DNA of 64,000 nt from an uncultured delta proteobacterium (GTDB lineage: Bacteria; Myxococcota_A; Polyangia; Fen-1088): NCBI GenBank assembly GCA_963737265.1, contig CAVTRY010000011.1, forward strand, positions 960,001-1,024,000, written 5' to 3'. Shown here in pieces: positions 10,545 through 20,441 of the stretch. Position numbers and translations under genes: made by a program. The notes beneath the pieces were generated by a model. That model was not told the origin of the DNA and did not search any database. It saw only the letters and a program-made list of their open reading frames with translations. The number at the start of each line of letters is the position of its first letter. The first letter of the stretch is position 1.

Positions 10545-11402
10545 ATGAAACTCGCTGCCAGTTTGCATGACCGCGTTCTCGCCGCCGCCGAAGCGGTGGA
10601 ACAGCACCTCGGCGCCGAAGGGGTCGAAGTCGCCGTGATTCTGGGTTCAGGACTGGCGAGCGCCGCCGACCGCCTGCTCGAATCGAGATCGATCGACTAT
10701 GCTGCCTTGCCCTGTTTCCCGGAGCCCACGGTGGCCGGGCATCCGGGGCGCCTGATTTGCGGGCGCTGGGGCGACAGGAAGGTCCTAATTTTTTGTGGCC
10801 GCGTCCATTCCTACGAGGGCTACTCCGCCACCGAGATCGGACTTCCGGTGCGTGTCGCGGCCACGCTCGGAGCGCAGACCTTGATCGTGACCAACGTGGC
10901 CGGTGGCCTCGAACCTTCCTACGCAGTCGGCGAAATCGTCGCCATCCGCGATCACATCAACCTGACCGGGACGTCGCCCCTTGGCGGTCCCAACGACGAG
11001 CGTCTGGGTCCGCGTTTCATCGACATGAGCGAACCTTATTCCTCAGCCTTGCGCAACCTCACGGCGAGGGCCGCCGAAGGTCTGTTTGGCGCGCGTTTGC
11101 GCGAAGGGGTCTACGTCGCCATGTCCGGTCCGTCCTACGAAACGCCCGCCGAGGTCCGCATGCTGCGCATCCTGGGCGCCGATCTCGTCGGCATGTCGAC
11201 CGTCCACGAGGTCATCGCCGCGCGCCATTCTGGACTCGCGGTGCTCGGCCTGTCGATGATCGCCAATCCGGCGGCGGGAGTCCAAAGCGTGCCGCTCAGC
11301 CACGAGGATGTCACGGCCGCCGCCGCCGCTGGAGCCGCGCACATGGGCGAATTGATCGAAGCCGTGGTAACGCGCCTACCGCTCGAAGCATCTCACTCGT
11401 GA
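10545..11402 (+). CDS. punA: Purine-nucleoside phosphorylase (trimeric family)
   Basis: ILGSGL, VAGHPG, GRVHSYEGY, DHINL, GPSYETPAE, GADLVGMSTV. Confidence 0.92.
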   Translation: MKLAASLHDRVLAAAEAVEQHLGAEGVEVAVILGSGLASAADRLLESRSIDYAALPCFPEPTVAGHPGRLICGRWGDRKVLIFCGRVHSYEGYSATEIGLPVRVAATLGAQTLIVTNVAGGLEPSYAVGEIVAIRDHINLTGTSPLGGPNDERLGPRFIDMSEPYSSALRNLTARAAEGLFGARLREGVYVAMSGPSYETPAEVRMLRILGADLVGMSTVHEVIAARHSGLAVLGLSMIANPAAGVQSVPLSHEDVTAAAAAGAAHMGELIEAVVTRLPLEASHS

Positions 11403-11459
11403 GCCTGCTCTTCGGCAGGTCGCAGCAGATCGACTATCAGCCCCACCAAGGAGAGCGCC

Positions 11460-12038
11460 GTGGAACATAAGCTACCGGAACTGCCCTACGCACGAAACGC
11501 CCTGGCCCCGCACATCTCGGCCGAGACCATCGAGTACCACTACGGCAAGCATCACGCCGCCTACGTTGCGAACCTGAACAAGCTCATCGCGGCCACCGAG
11601 TTCGCGGAGCTGTCGCTGGAAGACATCGTCAAGAAGGCCGGCGGCGGTATTTTCAACAACGCGGCCCAGGTGTGGAACCACTCGTTTTACTGGAATTGCT
11701 TGTCGCCCAAGGGTGGCGGCGAACCGAGCGGAGCGCTGGCCGATGCCATCGTGAAGAACTTCACCTCGTTCGCTGGTTTCAAAGAGAAGCTGACCAACGC
11801 TGCGATCACGCAGTTTGGCTCGGGCTGGGCGTGGCTGGTGAAGAACCCCGATGGCTCGCTTGCCATCGAACAGACCAGCAACGCCGGCACGCCGCTCAAG
11901 GACGGCAAGCAGCCGCTGCTAACCGTGGACGTCTGGGAACACGCATACTACGTCGACTACCGCAACGCCCGCGCCGCCTACGTGGAAGCCTACTGGAAGT
12001 TGGTGAACTGGCAGTTCGCAGGCGAAAATCTGAAGTAG
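11460..12038 (+). CDS. sodB: Fe superoxide dismutase
   Basis: YHYGKHHAAYV, FNNAAQVWNHSFYW, FGSGWAWL, DVWEHAYY. Confidence 0.95.
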   Translation: MEHKLPELPYARNALAPHISAETIEYHYGKHHAAYVANLNKLIAATEFAELSLEDIVKKAGGGIFNNAAQVWNHSFYWNCLSPKGGGEPSGALADAIVKNFTSFAGFKEKLTNAAITQFGSGWAWLVKNPDGSLAIEQTSNAGTPLKDGKQPLLTVDVWEHAYYVDYRNARAAYVEAYWKLVNWQFAGENLK

Positions 12039-12164
12039 ACTCGGTTCCCCGGCAAAGACTCGCCGTCGCGACGGCAGGGCGTCTGCCGCGATGCCGTGAC
12101 GACGCTTCCCTCGCACCTTTTCCCAGACTGCGGTATGGTTCCACCCCTGCGGTAGGCGTCCATC

Positions 12165-13235
12165 ATGGTCATCCAGGTTCTACTTCGGGATCCTCGCTCG
12201 GGTAGCGAGACAAAATACGAGTTCGATCAGTCGCCGGTTCGCATCGGCAGGAATCAGCTCAATAACGTGATCTTGGAAGGCAATTTCGTCTCCGGCTGGC
12301 ACGGTACCATCCGCTTCGACAACACCGGGACGTACTACTTCGATCTCGGGTCGACGAACGGCACTTGCATCGACGGCAAGCGTCTTGCCAAGAACACGGC
12401 CATTCCGCTCCAACAGACGACCCATCTGACCATCTGGATGTACGAGCTCGTGGTCACGCCGGGCGTACCGGGAGGGCTGGCCGAGTCGCCAGCGCGCAAG
12501 ACCAACGCCGGAACCCTGGTCGGCACCGGCAGCGCCCCCGAAGGTCTAGAAATGGCGGCGAGAGCGTCGGTTGCTTCTGGTTTTCCCGGCGTGGCAACGA
12601 GAAGTGCCGTGCCGCTCGTCCCCACGTCGACGCCGCCGACCAGCGCGACAAGCAGGCCCCTCTCGCACCCGCGCTCGACCCCCGTCCCGACCGACGACCA
12701 GACCGCGAATCGGCTGATCCGCTGCCTGCGCATCATCGGCGCCTTCAGCGAAGCCTTCATCGGCTTAAAAAAGGGCTACGAGCAGTTCGGTTCCGAGGTC
12801 GGCGTTCGGCCCTTGAGCGGAAACACGCCCTTGCACCGCGCGCGTACCAGCCAGGAAACTATCGAGTACCTACTCGATCCGGCCAACGATCCCGACGCCT
12901 GCGCGCGCGACCTGAACGCGGTTTTCGCCGACATGGGAATCCACGATGTCGCCCTCATGGAAGGCATCTCGCAAAGCGTGCGCGGGATTTTGGAAAAGCT
13001 CGACCCCAATGTTCTCAATTTGAAAATGGGCGCGGGGCTGTGGTCGGGATCGAAGGCGAAGTCGCAATGGAATGCCTACGTCGAGGCGTTCAACAACTTG
13101 CTTGGCGAGGATTCCGCCCTTCACGCCGAGATCTTCGGCGAGGAGTTCGCGCGCGCCTACGCCAGCGTTGCGCTCGGGGATGAAACTGCCGCTGAGCGCG
13201 ACGGAGGCACGAACGCGAAAGAAGGGAGCAGCTGA
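12165..13235 (+). CDS. tagH: T6SS-associated FHA protein (TagH/Fha)
   Basis: FHA motifs IGR, VSGWHG, DLGSTNGT; C-terminal HDVALMEG...LDP...IFGEEFARAY; immediately upstream of tssA. Confidence 0.82.
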   Translation: MVIQVLLRDPRSGSETKYEFDQSPVRIGRNQLNNVILEGNFVSGWHGTIRFDNTGTYYFDLGSTNGTCIDGKRLAKNTAIPLQQTTHLTIWMYELVVTPGVPGGLAESPARKTNAGTLVGTGSAPEGLEMAARASVASGFPGVATRSAVPLVPTSTPPTSATSRPLSHPRSTPVPTDDQTANRLIRCLRIIGAFSEAFIGLKKGYEQFGSEVGVRPLSGNTPLHRARTSQETIEYLLDPANDPDACARDLNAVFADMGIHDVALMEGISQSVRGILEKLDPNVLNLKMGAGLWSGSKAKSQWNAYVEAFNNLLGEDSALHAEIFGEEFARAYASVALGDETAAERDGGTNAKEGSS

Positions 13236-13370
13236 CGAAGACCGTCGGCCACGGCCACGCTGACGACCAGGACCACGTCCACGACCACCATTCATGCGAC
13301 CCGACGCATCCGTCGCACAACCGTTGCACTCGCGGGTCGGACAAAACGTAGGATGACAAGCGAAATCCGC

Positions 13371-13413
13371 TTGACATAATTGCGGTCCTGAAGGTTAATG
13401 GCACGCTGTTTCA
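13371..13413 (+). promoter_or_regulatory. Putative promoter(s) of the tss operon
   Basis: TTGACA (13371-13376), 17-bp spacer, GTTAAT; overlapping sigma54-like TGGCACG-CTGT-TTCA (13399-13413, imperfect -12). Confidence 0.45.
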
Positions 13414-13429
13414 ATCAGTTGGCGAGAAT

Positions 13430-14476
13430 ATGGCTCTTAAGAACATCGAATCGCTGCTCCAACCTGTTTCGTCGGACGCTCCGTGTGGGACGGACCTAGA
13501 ATACGATCCGTCGTTTCTTGAGCTTGAGCGCGCGTCGCAAGGCAAGCCGGAGCAACAGATGGGCAGCACCATCGTTGCGGCGCAAGAAGCAGACTGGAAG
13601 GACGTCGGGAACCGCGCTCTCGACCTGCTGGCCAAAACGAAGGATCTGCGCATCGCCAGCCGCCTGGTACGCGCCCTGCTAAACACGGATGGGTTGGCCG
13701 GCCTGGCCGACGGCCTTGCTGTCATGCGTGGGTTGGTCGAGAACTTCTGGGACGGTGTCTATCCCAAATTGGATCCCGAGGAGAACAGCGATCCCACGTT
13801 TCGGGTCAACATTCTGATGGGACTGTGCGATCCGGCAGCGACGATCGACCGCGTCCGGTTGATTCCAATCGTTAGCGCGCGGTCGTTCGGCCGTTTCAGC
13901 CTGCGCGACATCGCCATCTCGTCGGGCGAGCAGCCGCCGCTGCCGGGCGCGGATCCGCCGGCTCCTGCCTCCATCGACGGTGCCTTCACCGAATGCCCCG
14001 TCCCCGCGCTGCAGGCAACGCTTGAGGTCTTGCAGTCCTCGCTGCAAAGTCTGACGGCCATCGAGTCCTTCGTGGGAGAGAAAGTCGGGGCATCGAGCGG
14101 ACCCAATTTTGCCAAACTGGCCGATGTGCTCCGCTCGGGCGAGAAAATCCTGGTCAGTCGACTCGCTCGGCGCGGAGTTTCGGCCGAAGCTGCGGACGGC
14201 GGGCTTGGCGATGGCGGTGGAACGAACGGCGCGGACGGTCAGTCGCACGGCCCAGGACAACCCATCACCGGCGAAATCAACAGCCGAGAAGATGTCCTCC
14301 GCGTGCTGGACAAGGTCTGCAACTACTACCAGCGCTACGAGCCTTCCAGCCCGATCCCCCTTTTGCTACAAAGAAGCAAGAGGTTGGTATCCGCGAACTT
14401 TTTAGATATCGTTCGGGATCTGGCCCCGGAAGGACTGCCGCAGATTGAGAATCTGCGGGGCAAGGACACGACGTAA
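13430..14476 (+). CDS. tssA: T6SS protein TssA (ImpA family)
   Basis: LLQPVSSDAPCGTDLEYD, KTKDLR, FWDGVYP; C-terminal INSREDV...YYQRYEPSSPIP. Confidence 0.93.
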   Translation: MALKNIESLLQPVSSDAPCGTDLEYDPSFLELERASQGKPEQQMGSTIVAAQEADWKDVGNRALDLLAKTKDLRIASRLVRALLNTDGLAGLADGLAVMRGLVENFWDGVYPKLDPEENSDPTFRVNILMGLCDPAATIDRVRLIPIVSARSFGRFSLRDIAISSGEQPPLPGADPPAPASIDGAFTECPVPALQATLEVLQSSLQSLTAIESFVGEKVGASSGPNFAKLADVLRSGEKILVSRLARRGVSAEAADGGLGDGGGTNGADGQSHGPGQPITGEINSREDVLRVLDKVCNYYQRYEPSSPIPLLLQRSKRLVSANFLDIVRDLAPEGLPQIENLRGKDTT

Positions 14477-14530
14477 CGAACGCGACGTAAAGCTGTTAGG
14501 CGACTTCAACATCAGAGGTAGGTGGATACT

Positions 14531-15070
14531 ATGGCAACCAGTTCGCAAAAATTCATCCAGAGAAACCGTGCACCTCGCGTGCAGATCGAATACGACGTCG
14601 AGCTCTACGGCGCCGAGAAGAAGGTCCAACTGCCCTTCGTCATGGGGGTCATGTCGGACCTTTCGGGCAATCCAGCCGAGCCGCTCGCTCCCGTAGCCGA
14701 CCGAAAGTTCGTCGACATCTCAGTGGACAATTTCGACGATCGGCTCAAGGCCATGAAGCCGCGCGTGGCGGTCCAGGTTCCCAACACCTTGACCGGCGAA
14801 GGGAATCTCAGCGTCGACCTTTCCTTCGAGAGCCTCGATGATTTCTCGCCCGCGGCCATCGCACGCAAGGTTGGCGCGCTCAATCAGCTGCTGCAGGCGC
14901 GCAACCAGTTGTCGAACCTGGTGACCTACATGGATGGACGAACCGGCGCCGAGGATCTGATCGCCAATCTCCTGCGAGATCCAACGCTCCTGCAGACGCT
15001 CGCAGCGGCTCCGAAACCCGACGCCGGAGGCGAGAGCGCCGCCGGTCAAGACAAGCCCCAGGACAAATAG
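14531..15070 (+). CDS. tssB: T6SS sheath small subunit TssB
   Basis: RNRAPRVQIEYDVE, LPFVMGVMSDLSG, FESLDDFSP. Confidence 0.97.
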   Translation: MATSSQKFIQRNRAPRVQIEYDVELYGAEKKVQLPFVMGVMSDLSGNPAEPLAPVADRKFVDISVDNFDDRLKAMKPRVAVQVPNTLTGEGNLSVDLSFESLDDFSPAAIARKVGALNQLLQARNQLSNLVTYMDGRTGAEDLIANLLRDPTLLQTLAAAPKPDAGGESAAGQDKPQDK

Positions 15071-15096
15071 AGGACAAGTAGCAGTGAGGAAGACCC

Positions 15097-16593
15097 ATGG
15101 CTGAGACACAGAAAAGCGCAGACGCCCAAGCTGCCTCCGCAACGATGGAGGAGAACGAATTCGCCTCCCTGCTGAACAAGGAGTTCAAGCCCCAGACCGA
15201 CGGTGCCAAGTCGGAAATCGAAAACGCCGTCAAGACCCTGGCCCAGCAGGCGCTGGCTAGCACTCGGCTCATCTCGAACGACGTGGTGCAAACCATCAAC
15301 GCGATCGTGGCCGAGATCGACCGGAAGATGACCGAGCAGATCAACAAGATCATGCACACGCCGGAGTTTCAACAGCTCGAAGGCGCGTGGCGTGGCCTGC
15401 ATTACCTCGTGACCAACAGCGAAACCGACGATCAGCTCAAGATTCGGGTCATGAACGTCTCGAAAAAGGATCTGCACAAAACGCTCAAGCGCTACAAGGG
15501 CGCCGCGTGGGATCAGAGCCCAATCTTCAAGAAACTGTATGAGGACGAGTACGGCACCCTCGGCGGCGAGCCGTTCGGCTGCCTGGTCGGCGACTACTAC
15601 TTCGATCAGGGGCCGATGGACGTCGAGCTTCTCGGCGAAATGGCAAAAATCGCCGCCGCGGCGCATGCGCCGTTCCTGTCCGCCGCCTCGCCCACCGTGT
15701 TCCAGATGGAGTCGTGGCAAGAGCTCAGCAATCCCCGAGATCTGACCAAGATTTTCTCGGTTCCCGAGTACGCCGGCTGGCGCTCCCTGCGCGAATCCGA
15801 CGATGCCCGCTATTTGGGCCTCACCATGCCGCGCTTCCTTGCCCGCCGACCCTACGGCGCCAAGACCAATCCGGTCGAGGAGTTCAACTTCGAAGAAGAT
15901 GCCGCCGGGCCGGATTCGAAGAAGTACACCTGGGCGAATTCGGCCTATGCCATGGCGGTGAATATCAACCGCTCCTTCAAGATGTACGGCTGGTGCTCGC
16001 GCATTCGCGGCATCGAATCGGGCGGCGCGGTCGAAGGGTTGCCCACGCACACCTTCCCGACCGACGACGGCGGCCTCGACATCAAGTGCCCGACCGAAAT
16101 CGCCATTAGCGACCGGCGCGAAGCCGAGTTGGCGAAGAACGGGTTTATGCCGCTCGTCTACAAGAAGAACTCCGACTTCGCCGCCTTCATCGGCGCCCAA
16201 TCGCTGCAGAAGCCAGCTCAGTACGACGATCCGGACGCGTCCGCGAATGCGGCGTTGGCTGCGCGTCTGCCCTATCTGTTCGCAACCTGTCGCTTCGCCC
16301 ACTATTTGAAGTGCATCGTCCGCGACAAGATCGGATCCTTCAGGGAGTCCGATGATATGCAGCGCTGGTTGCAGGACTGGATCATGAAATACGTGGACGG
16401 CGATCCGGCCCACTCCAGCGAAGAAACCAAGGCCAAGAAACCGCTTGCGGCGGCTGAAGTCACGGTGGAACCGATCGAGGGAAACCCGGGCTATTACTCG
16501 TCTAAGTTCTTCTTGCGACCGCACTACCAACTGGAGGGACTGACCGTGTCCCTTCGACTTGTTTCCAAGCTCCCGTCCGCCAAGGGCGGCTAG
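15097..16593 (+). CDS. tssC: T6SS sheath large subunit TssC
   Basis: FQQLEGAWRGL, EYGTLGGEPFG, AAAAHAPF, KCPTEIAISDRREAEL, RFAHYLK, FLRPHYQLEG. Confidence 0.97.
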   Translation: MAETQKSADAQAASATMEENEFASLLNKEFKPQTDGAKSEIENAVKTLAQQALASTRLISNDVVQTINAIVAEIDRKMTEQINKIMHTPEFQQLEGAWRGLHYLVTNSETDDQLKIRVMNVSKKDLHKTLKRYKGAAWDQSPIFKKLYEDEYGTLGGEPFGCLVGDYYFDQGPMDVELLGEMAKIAAAAHAPFLSAASPTVFQMESWQELSNPRDLTKIFSVPEYAGWRSLRESDDARYLGLTMPRFLARRPYGAKTNPVEEFNFEEDAAGPDSKKYTWANSAYAMAVNINRSFKMYGWCSRIRGIESGGAVEGLPTHTFPTDDGGLDIKCPTEIAISDRREAELAKNGFMPLVYKKNSDFAAFIGAQSLQKPAQYDDPDASANAALAARLPYLFATCRFAHYLKCIVRDKIGSFRESDDMQRWLQDWIMKYVDGDPAHSSEETKAKKPLAAAEVTVEPIEGNPGYYSSKFFLRPHYQLEGLTVSLRLVSKLPSAKGG

Positions 16594-16659
16594 CTTCCAA
16601 CCATTTCTCATCACCATCGTTCAGTACGAAAGTTCACATAGTAGGAAGGAGTCGGGAAA

Positions 16660-17145
16660 ATGGCCATTAGCGCGACACTGAAACTGAAGACAATCAAGGG
16701 CGAATCGGCAATCAAGGGGCACGAAGATCAAATCGACGTGCTTAGTTGGAACTGGGGCATCACCCAGTCCGCTTCGGCGCACGTTGCAGCGGGGGCCGGA
16801 ACGGGTTCGGCCGACGTCAAGGACCTGCGTATCACCAAGTATGTGGACAAGGCCACACCGACCCTTTATCAGTCGGCCTTCAAGGGCGACGATATCGGAC
16901 CGGCTACCTTGACCCTTATGAAGGTGTCCGGCGACAAGGCGCTGGAATACGTCACCATCACCATGGAGTCGACGGTGATCATCTCGTCGATTACGTCAGG
17001 CGATGCGTTGCCGAACGATCGCTTCACGGAAAGCGTGACTTTGAACTTCGGCAAAGCCACGTTCGTGTACACGCCACAGGGCGACGGTCAAAAACCAGGG
17101 GGCGCGGTCACCGGCACCCTGGCTATCGCCAAGCAATACGGCTGA
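16660..17145 (+). CDS. hcp: T6SS tube protein Hcp (TssD)
   Basis: IKGES...HEDQIDVLSWNWG, KYVDKATP, ESVTLNF; follows tssC. Confidence 0.93.
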   Translation: MAISATLKLKTIKGESAIKGHEDQIDVLSWNWGITQSASAHVAAGAGTGSADVKDLRITKYVDKATPTLYQSAFKGDDIGPATLTLMKVSGDKALEYVTITMESTVIISSITSGDALPNDRFTESVTLNFGKATFVYTPQGDGQKPGGAVTGTLAIAKQYG

Positions 17146-17231
17146 CAGGACAAGGATCGGACTATGGGCGGGCGTTCACCGCGCGCGCCCATAGTTTCCG
17201 ATCCGCATTCTTCGCACCTAGGCAGCCTAAC

Positions 17232-18062
17232 ATGAGCAACATCGAAGATGACGTGCGGCAAGGGAAGCTGGAGGAAGCGCTGGCCAGCTTGCAAGCCGCG
17301 ATCCGCAAAGCCCCTGCCGATGCCAAATACCGCACCTTTCTTTTCCAGTTACTCTCCGTGATGGGCCAGTGGGAGCGGGCCATGACCCAGCTCAATGTGG
17401 TCGGCGATTTGGATGCCAAGGCGCTGCCCATGGTCCAAACCTACCGAGCGGCTTTGAAATGCGAAGAGCTTCGCGGCGAGGTCTTCGCCGGACGGCGAAC
17501 GCCGTTGTTTTTCGGCGAGCCGGCCGCGTGGGCGGCCCTGCTCCTGCAGTCGCTGTCGCTTGCGACGCAAGGTCGTGCCGACCAGTCCGACGCCCTCCGC
17601 GCCCAGGCGCTCGAACAAGCGCCAGCCTCGGCGGGGCGCATCGATGGCCAACCCTTCGCTTGGCTTGCCGACGCGGACGCCCGTCTCGGGCCCATCCTCG
17701 AAGCTATCGCGAACGGAAAATACTACTGGATCCCTTTCGCCAACCTCAGCGCCATTCGCATCGAGAAGCCGGTTGACCTGCGCGACTTGGCGTGGGTTCC
17801 CGCCTACCTCACCCTCAGCAACGGCGGCGAGCTCGTGTCCTTGATTCCCACCCGCTACCCTGGTTCGGAATCCAGCGCGGACACGGCCATCCGCATGGCA
17901 CGCAAGACCGACTGGATCGGGCACCAGGATGGCACCAGCTCGGGGCTAGGCCAGCGCATGTTCGCCACCGATCAGGGCGACTATCCCTTGCTCGAAGTCC
18001 GCTCCATCGAGTTCGACCCACCTCCCGAGCCAGTCGGCGAGACGGCTTTGGACAATGGCTGA
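17232..18062 (+). CDS. tagJ: T6SS accessory protein TagJ (ImpE/SciE)
   Basis: LFQLLSVMGQWERA, FAWLADADARLGP, YYWIPF, IPTRYPG, GLGQR; start taken at ATG 17232. Confidence 0.9.
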   Translation: MSNIEDDVRQGKLEEALASLQAAIRKAPADAKYRTFLFQLLSVMGQWERAMTQLNVVGDLDAKALPMVQTYRAALKCEELRGEVFAGRRTPLFFGEPAAWAALLLQSLSLATQGRADQSDALRAQALEQAPASAGRIDGQPFAWLADADARLGPILEAIANGKYYWIPFANLSAIRIEKPVDLRDLAWVPAYLTLSNGGELVSLIPTRYPGSESSADTAIRMARKTDWIGHQDGTSSGLGQRMFATDQGDYPLLEVRSIEFDPPPEPVGETALDNG

Positions 18063-18570
18063 TCTCACACAGAAAGAACGGCTTCAGCCCTCGCTTCTGG
18101 ATCGCCTCACGGACCAGGATCCGGACAAAAAGATGGAATCGCGCGACGCCCGCGTGCTTTCTCCCAGCAGGCTGCGGGATAGCGTGCGGCGCGATCTGGC
18201 CTGGTTGCTCAACACCACGCACTTGCAAGCCACACAGGACTTGGCAGAGCATCCGCTGGTTTCTCACTCGGTGTTGAATTTCGGGATGCCAGACCTGGCT
18301 GGCCGTACCGCGTCGGACATGGACAAACCCGCGCTCGAACAGGCCATCCGCGACGCCATCACCGATTTCGAGCCACGCCTGGTCGCCAACAGCCTGCGGG
18401 TGAAGCTGGTCGTCGACGACCGTCAGATGAACCGCAACGCCATGTCATTCGATATCGAGGCCGAGCTGTGGGCGCAGCCGCTTCCGCTGCGGCTGTTCCT
18501 GCGAACGGCCGTCGATCTGGAAAGCGGAACCGTCGAAATCAGGGACGCGGGCGGCAAGGGAGGCACCTAA
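18055..18570 (+). CDS. tssE: T6SS baseplate TssE (gp25-like)
   Basis: LQPSLLDRLTD, VRRDLAWLLNT, SVLNFGMPD, FEPRL. Confidence 0.95.
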   Translation: MADLTQKERLQPSLLDRLTDQDPDKKMESRDARVLSPSRLRDSVRRDLAWLLNTTHLQATQDLAEHPLVSHSVLNFGMPDLAGRTASDMDKPALEQAIRDAITDFEPRLVANSLRVKLVVDDRQMNRNAMSFDIEAELWAQPLPLRLFLRTAVDLESGTVEIRDAGGKGGT

Positions 18571-20441
18571 TGGATCCCCGCCTGCTCACCTATTACAACC
18601 GCGAGTTGCAGTACATCCGCGAGACCGGCCAGGAGTTCGCGAAGGAGTTCCCCAAGATCGCCGGCCGGTTGGGTATCGAGACGCTGGAGTGCACCGATCC
18701 CTATGTGGAACGGCTGCTGGAGTCGTTCGCGTTTCTTACCGCGAGGGTGCAACTCAAGATCGATTCGGAGTTCCCCCGCTTCACCCAGCATCTGCTGCAG
18801 ATGGTGTATCCGCACTACCTCTCGCCCACGCCGTCGATGGCCGTGGTGCAGTTTCGCCCCAGCCTCAGCCAAGGCGCGCTGCCCGATGGTTTCCGCATTG
18901 CCCGCGGCGCCGGGCTCAAAAGCGTCATCGGCAGGGGCGAGGTGACGCCGTGCGAGTTCCGCACCGCCCACGACGTCACGCTGTGGCCGCTGGAGATCGT
19001 CGGAGCGGAATATACCTCGTTCCTCGGCGACCTCGGCAACCTGCGCCTTCCCGGCAAGTCCAAGGCGGCCTTGCGCCTGCGCCTGCGCGCGTCCGCGGGA
19101 TTGACCTTCGATCGGCTGGCGCTCGACAGTCTTCCCATCTTCCTGCCTGGCGGCGACGAAATCGCCATGCGCCTGTACGAACTGCTGCTCGCCCACACCA
19201 CTGCCTTGGTCATTCGTCCCGCAGGCCAGGGCGCGGCAGCCAACGAATTGGTCGTGGATAGTCCGGTTCGGCCTCTCGGCTTCGAAGACGAGCAGGCGCT
19301 GCTGCCGTACGGGCCGCGCTCCTTCCAGGGCTATCGCCTCTTGCAGGAATACTTCACCTTTCCCAGCCGCTTTCTCTTCGCCGAGCTTGCCGGGATGAAA
19401 GACGCCGTTCGCCGCTGCGCGAGCTCGGAGATGGAAATCGTGATCGTCCTCGACGCTCAGGACTCGCGTCTCGAGAAGGCCATCGGGCCGGCGCAATTCG
19501 AGCTGTTCTGCACGCCGGCGGTCAATCTGTTCCCCAAACGCACCGATCGCATTCACCTCAGCGAAGGCGAGAACGAATATCACGTCGTCCCCGACCGGGC
19601 GCGACCGATGGACTACGAGGTCTACTCGGTGACGGAGGTCGTGGGCTACGGAACCGCTGGCGACGAGAAGCAGGAATTCCTTCCATTCTATGCCGCCCAC
19701 GACCGGTCGACCGCCGACGACAAGTCCGCCTACTACACGGTTCACCGGCAGCCGCGCATGCTCTCGACCAAACAGCGCGCCCAGGGCGCACGCTCGAGCT
19801 ACGTCGGCAGCGAGATCTTCGTCGACCTGGTCGATCCAACCGAAGCGCCGCACCGGCCCCAGCTCAAACAGCTCGCGGTCGACACCCTGTGCACGAATCG
19901 CGACCTCACCCTTCACATTCCCGTCGGTCAGCAAATCAGCGACTTCGTCCTCGACACCGGGTCACCGGTGGTGTCGGTGCGCTGTCTCGCTGGCCCGACC
20001 CCGCCCCGGCCCTCCTACGCTCACGGCGATCCCACCTGGCGGCTCGTCAGCCACCTTTCGCTCAATTATCTGTCCATCACCGACAGCGCCAACGGCGGCG
20101 GCGCGCTGGCCCTGCGCGAATTGCTTTCCCTCTACGGCGACGCCAGCGACCCCATCGTGCGCAAGCAGATCGACGGCGTGCGGTCGGTTTCCTCGCAATC
20201 GGCCACGCGCCGTTTGCCGACCTCCGGACCGGTTGCCTTCGGACGCGGCCTCGAAGTCACGCTGACTCTCGACGAGACGGCGTTCGAAGGCATGGGCGTC
20301 TTTCTTTTGGGCGCGGTTCTCGAACGCTTCTTCGCCAAGTATGTTTCCATCAATTCATTCAGCGAAACCGCTCTCAAAAGCGTGCAGCGCGGGGAGATCG
20401 TGCGATGGCCAGCGAGGCTGGGCCGACGTCCGGCGCTGTAG
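18570..20441 (+). CDS. tssF: T6SS baseplate TssF
   Basis: MDPRLLTYYNRELQYIRE, DPYVERLLESFAFLTAR, GYRLLQEYF, CTPAVNLF, YVSINSF; TAATG coupling to tssE. Confidence 0.96.
   Translation: MDPRLLTYYNRELQYIRETGQEFAKEFPKIAGRLGIETLECTDPYVERLLESFAFLTARVQLKIDSEFPRFTQHLLQMVYPHYLSPTPSMAVVQFRPSLSQGALPDGFRIARGAGLKSVIGRGEVTPCEFRTAHDVTLWPLEIVGAEYTSFLGDLGNLRLPGKSKAALRLRLRASAGLTFDRLALDSLPIFLPGGDEIAMRLYELLLAHTTALVIRPAGQGAAANELVVDSPVRPLGFEDEQALLPYGPRSFQGYRLLQEYFTFPSRFLFAELAGMKDAVRRCASSEMEIVIVLDAQDSRLEKAIGPAQFELFCTPAVNLFPKRTDRIHLSEGENEYHVVPDRARPMDYEVYSVTEVVGYGTAGDEKQEFLPFYAAHDRSTADDKSAYYTVHRQPRMLSTKQRAQGARSSYVGSEIFVDLVDPTEAPHRPQLKQLAVDTLCTNRDLTLHIPVGQQISDFVLDTGSPVVSVRCLAGPTPPRPSYAHGDPTWRLVSHLSLNYLSITDSANGGGALALRELLSLYGDASDPIVRKQIDGVRSVSSQSATRRLPTSGPVAFGRGLEVTLTLDETAFEGMGVFLLGAVLERFFAKYVSINSFSETALKSVQRGEIVRWPARLGRRPAL

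Noticed and set aside
16746-17231. N-terminal extensions in the ORF track for tagJ, tssF, tssG, clpV and the 56397 gene
   Set aside because: They overlap upstream genes; downstream starts match family N-termini, RBS or stop-start coupling
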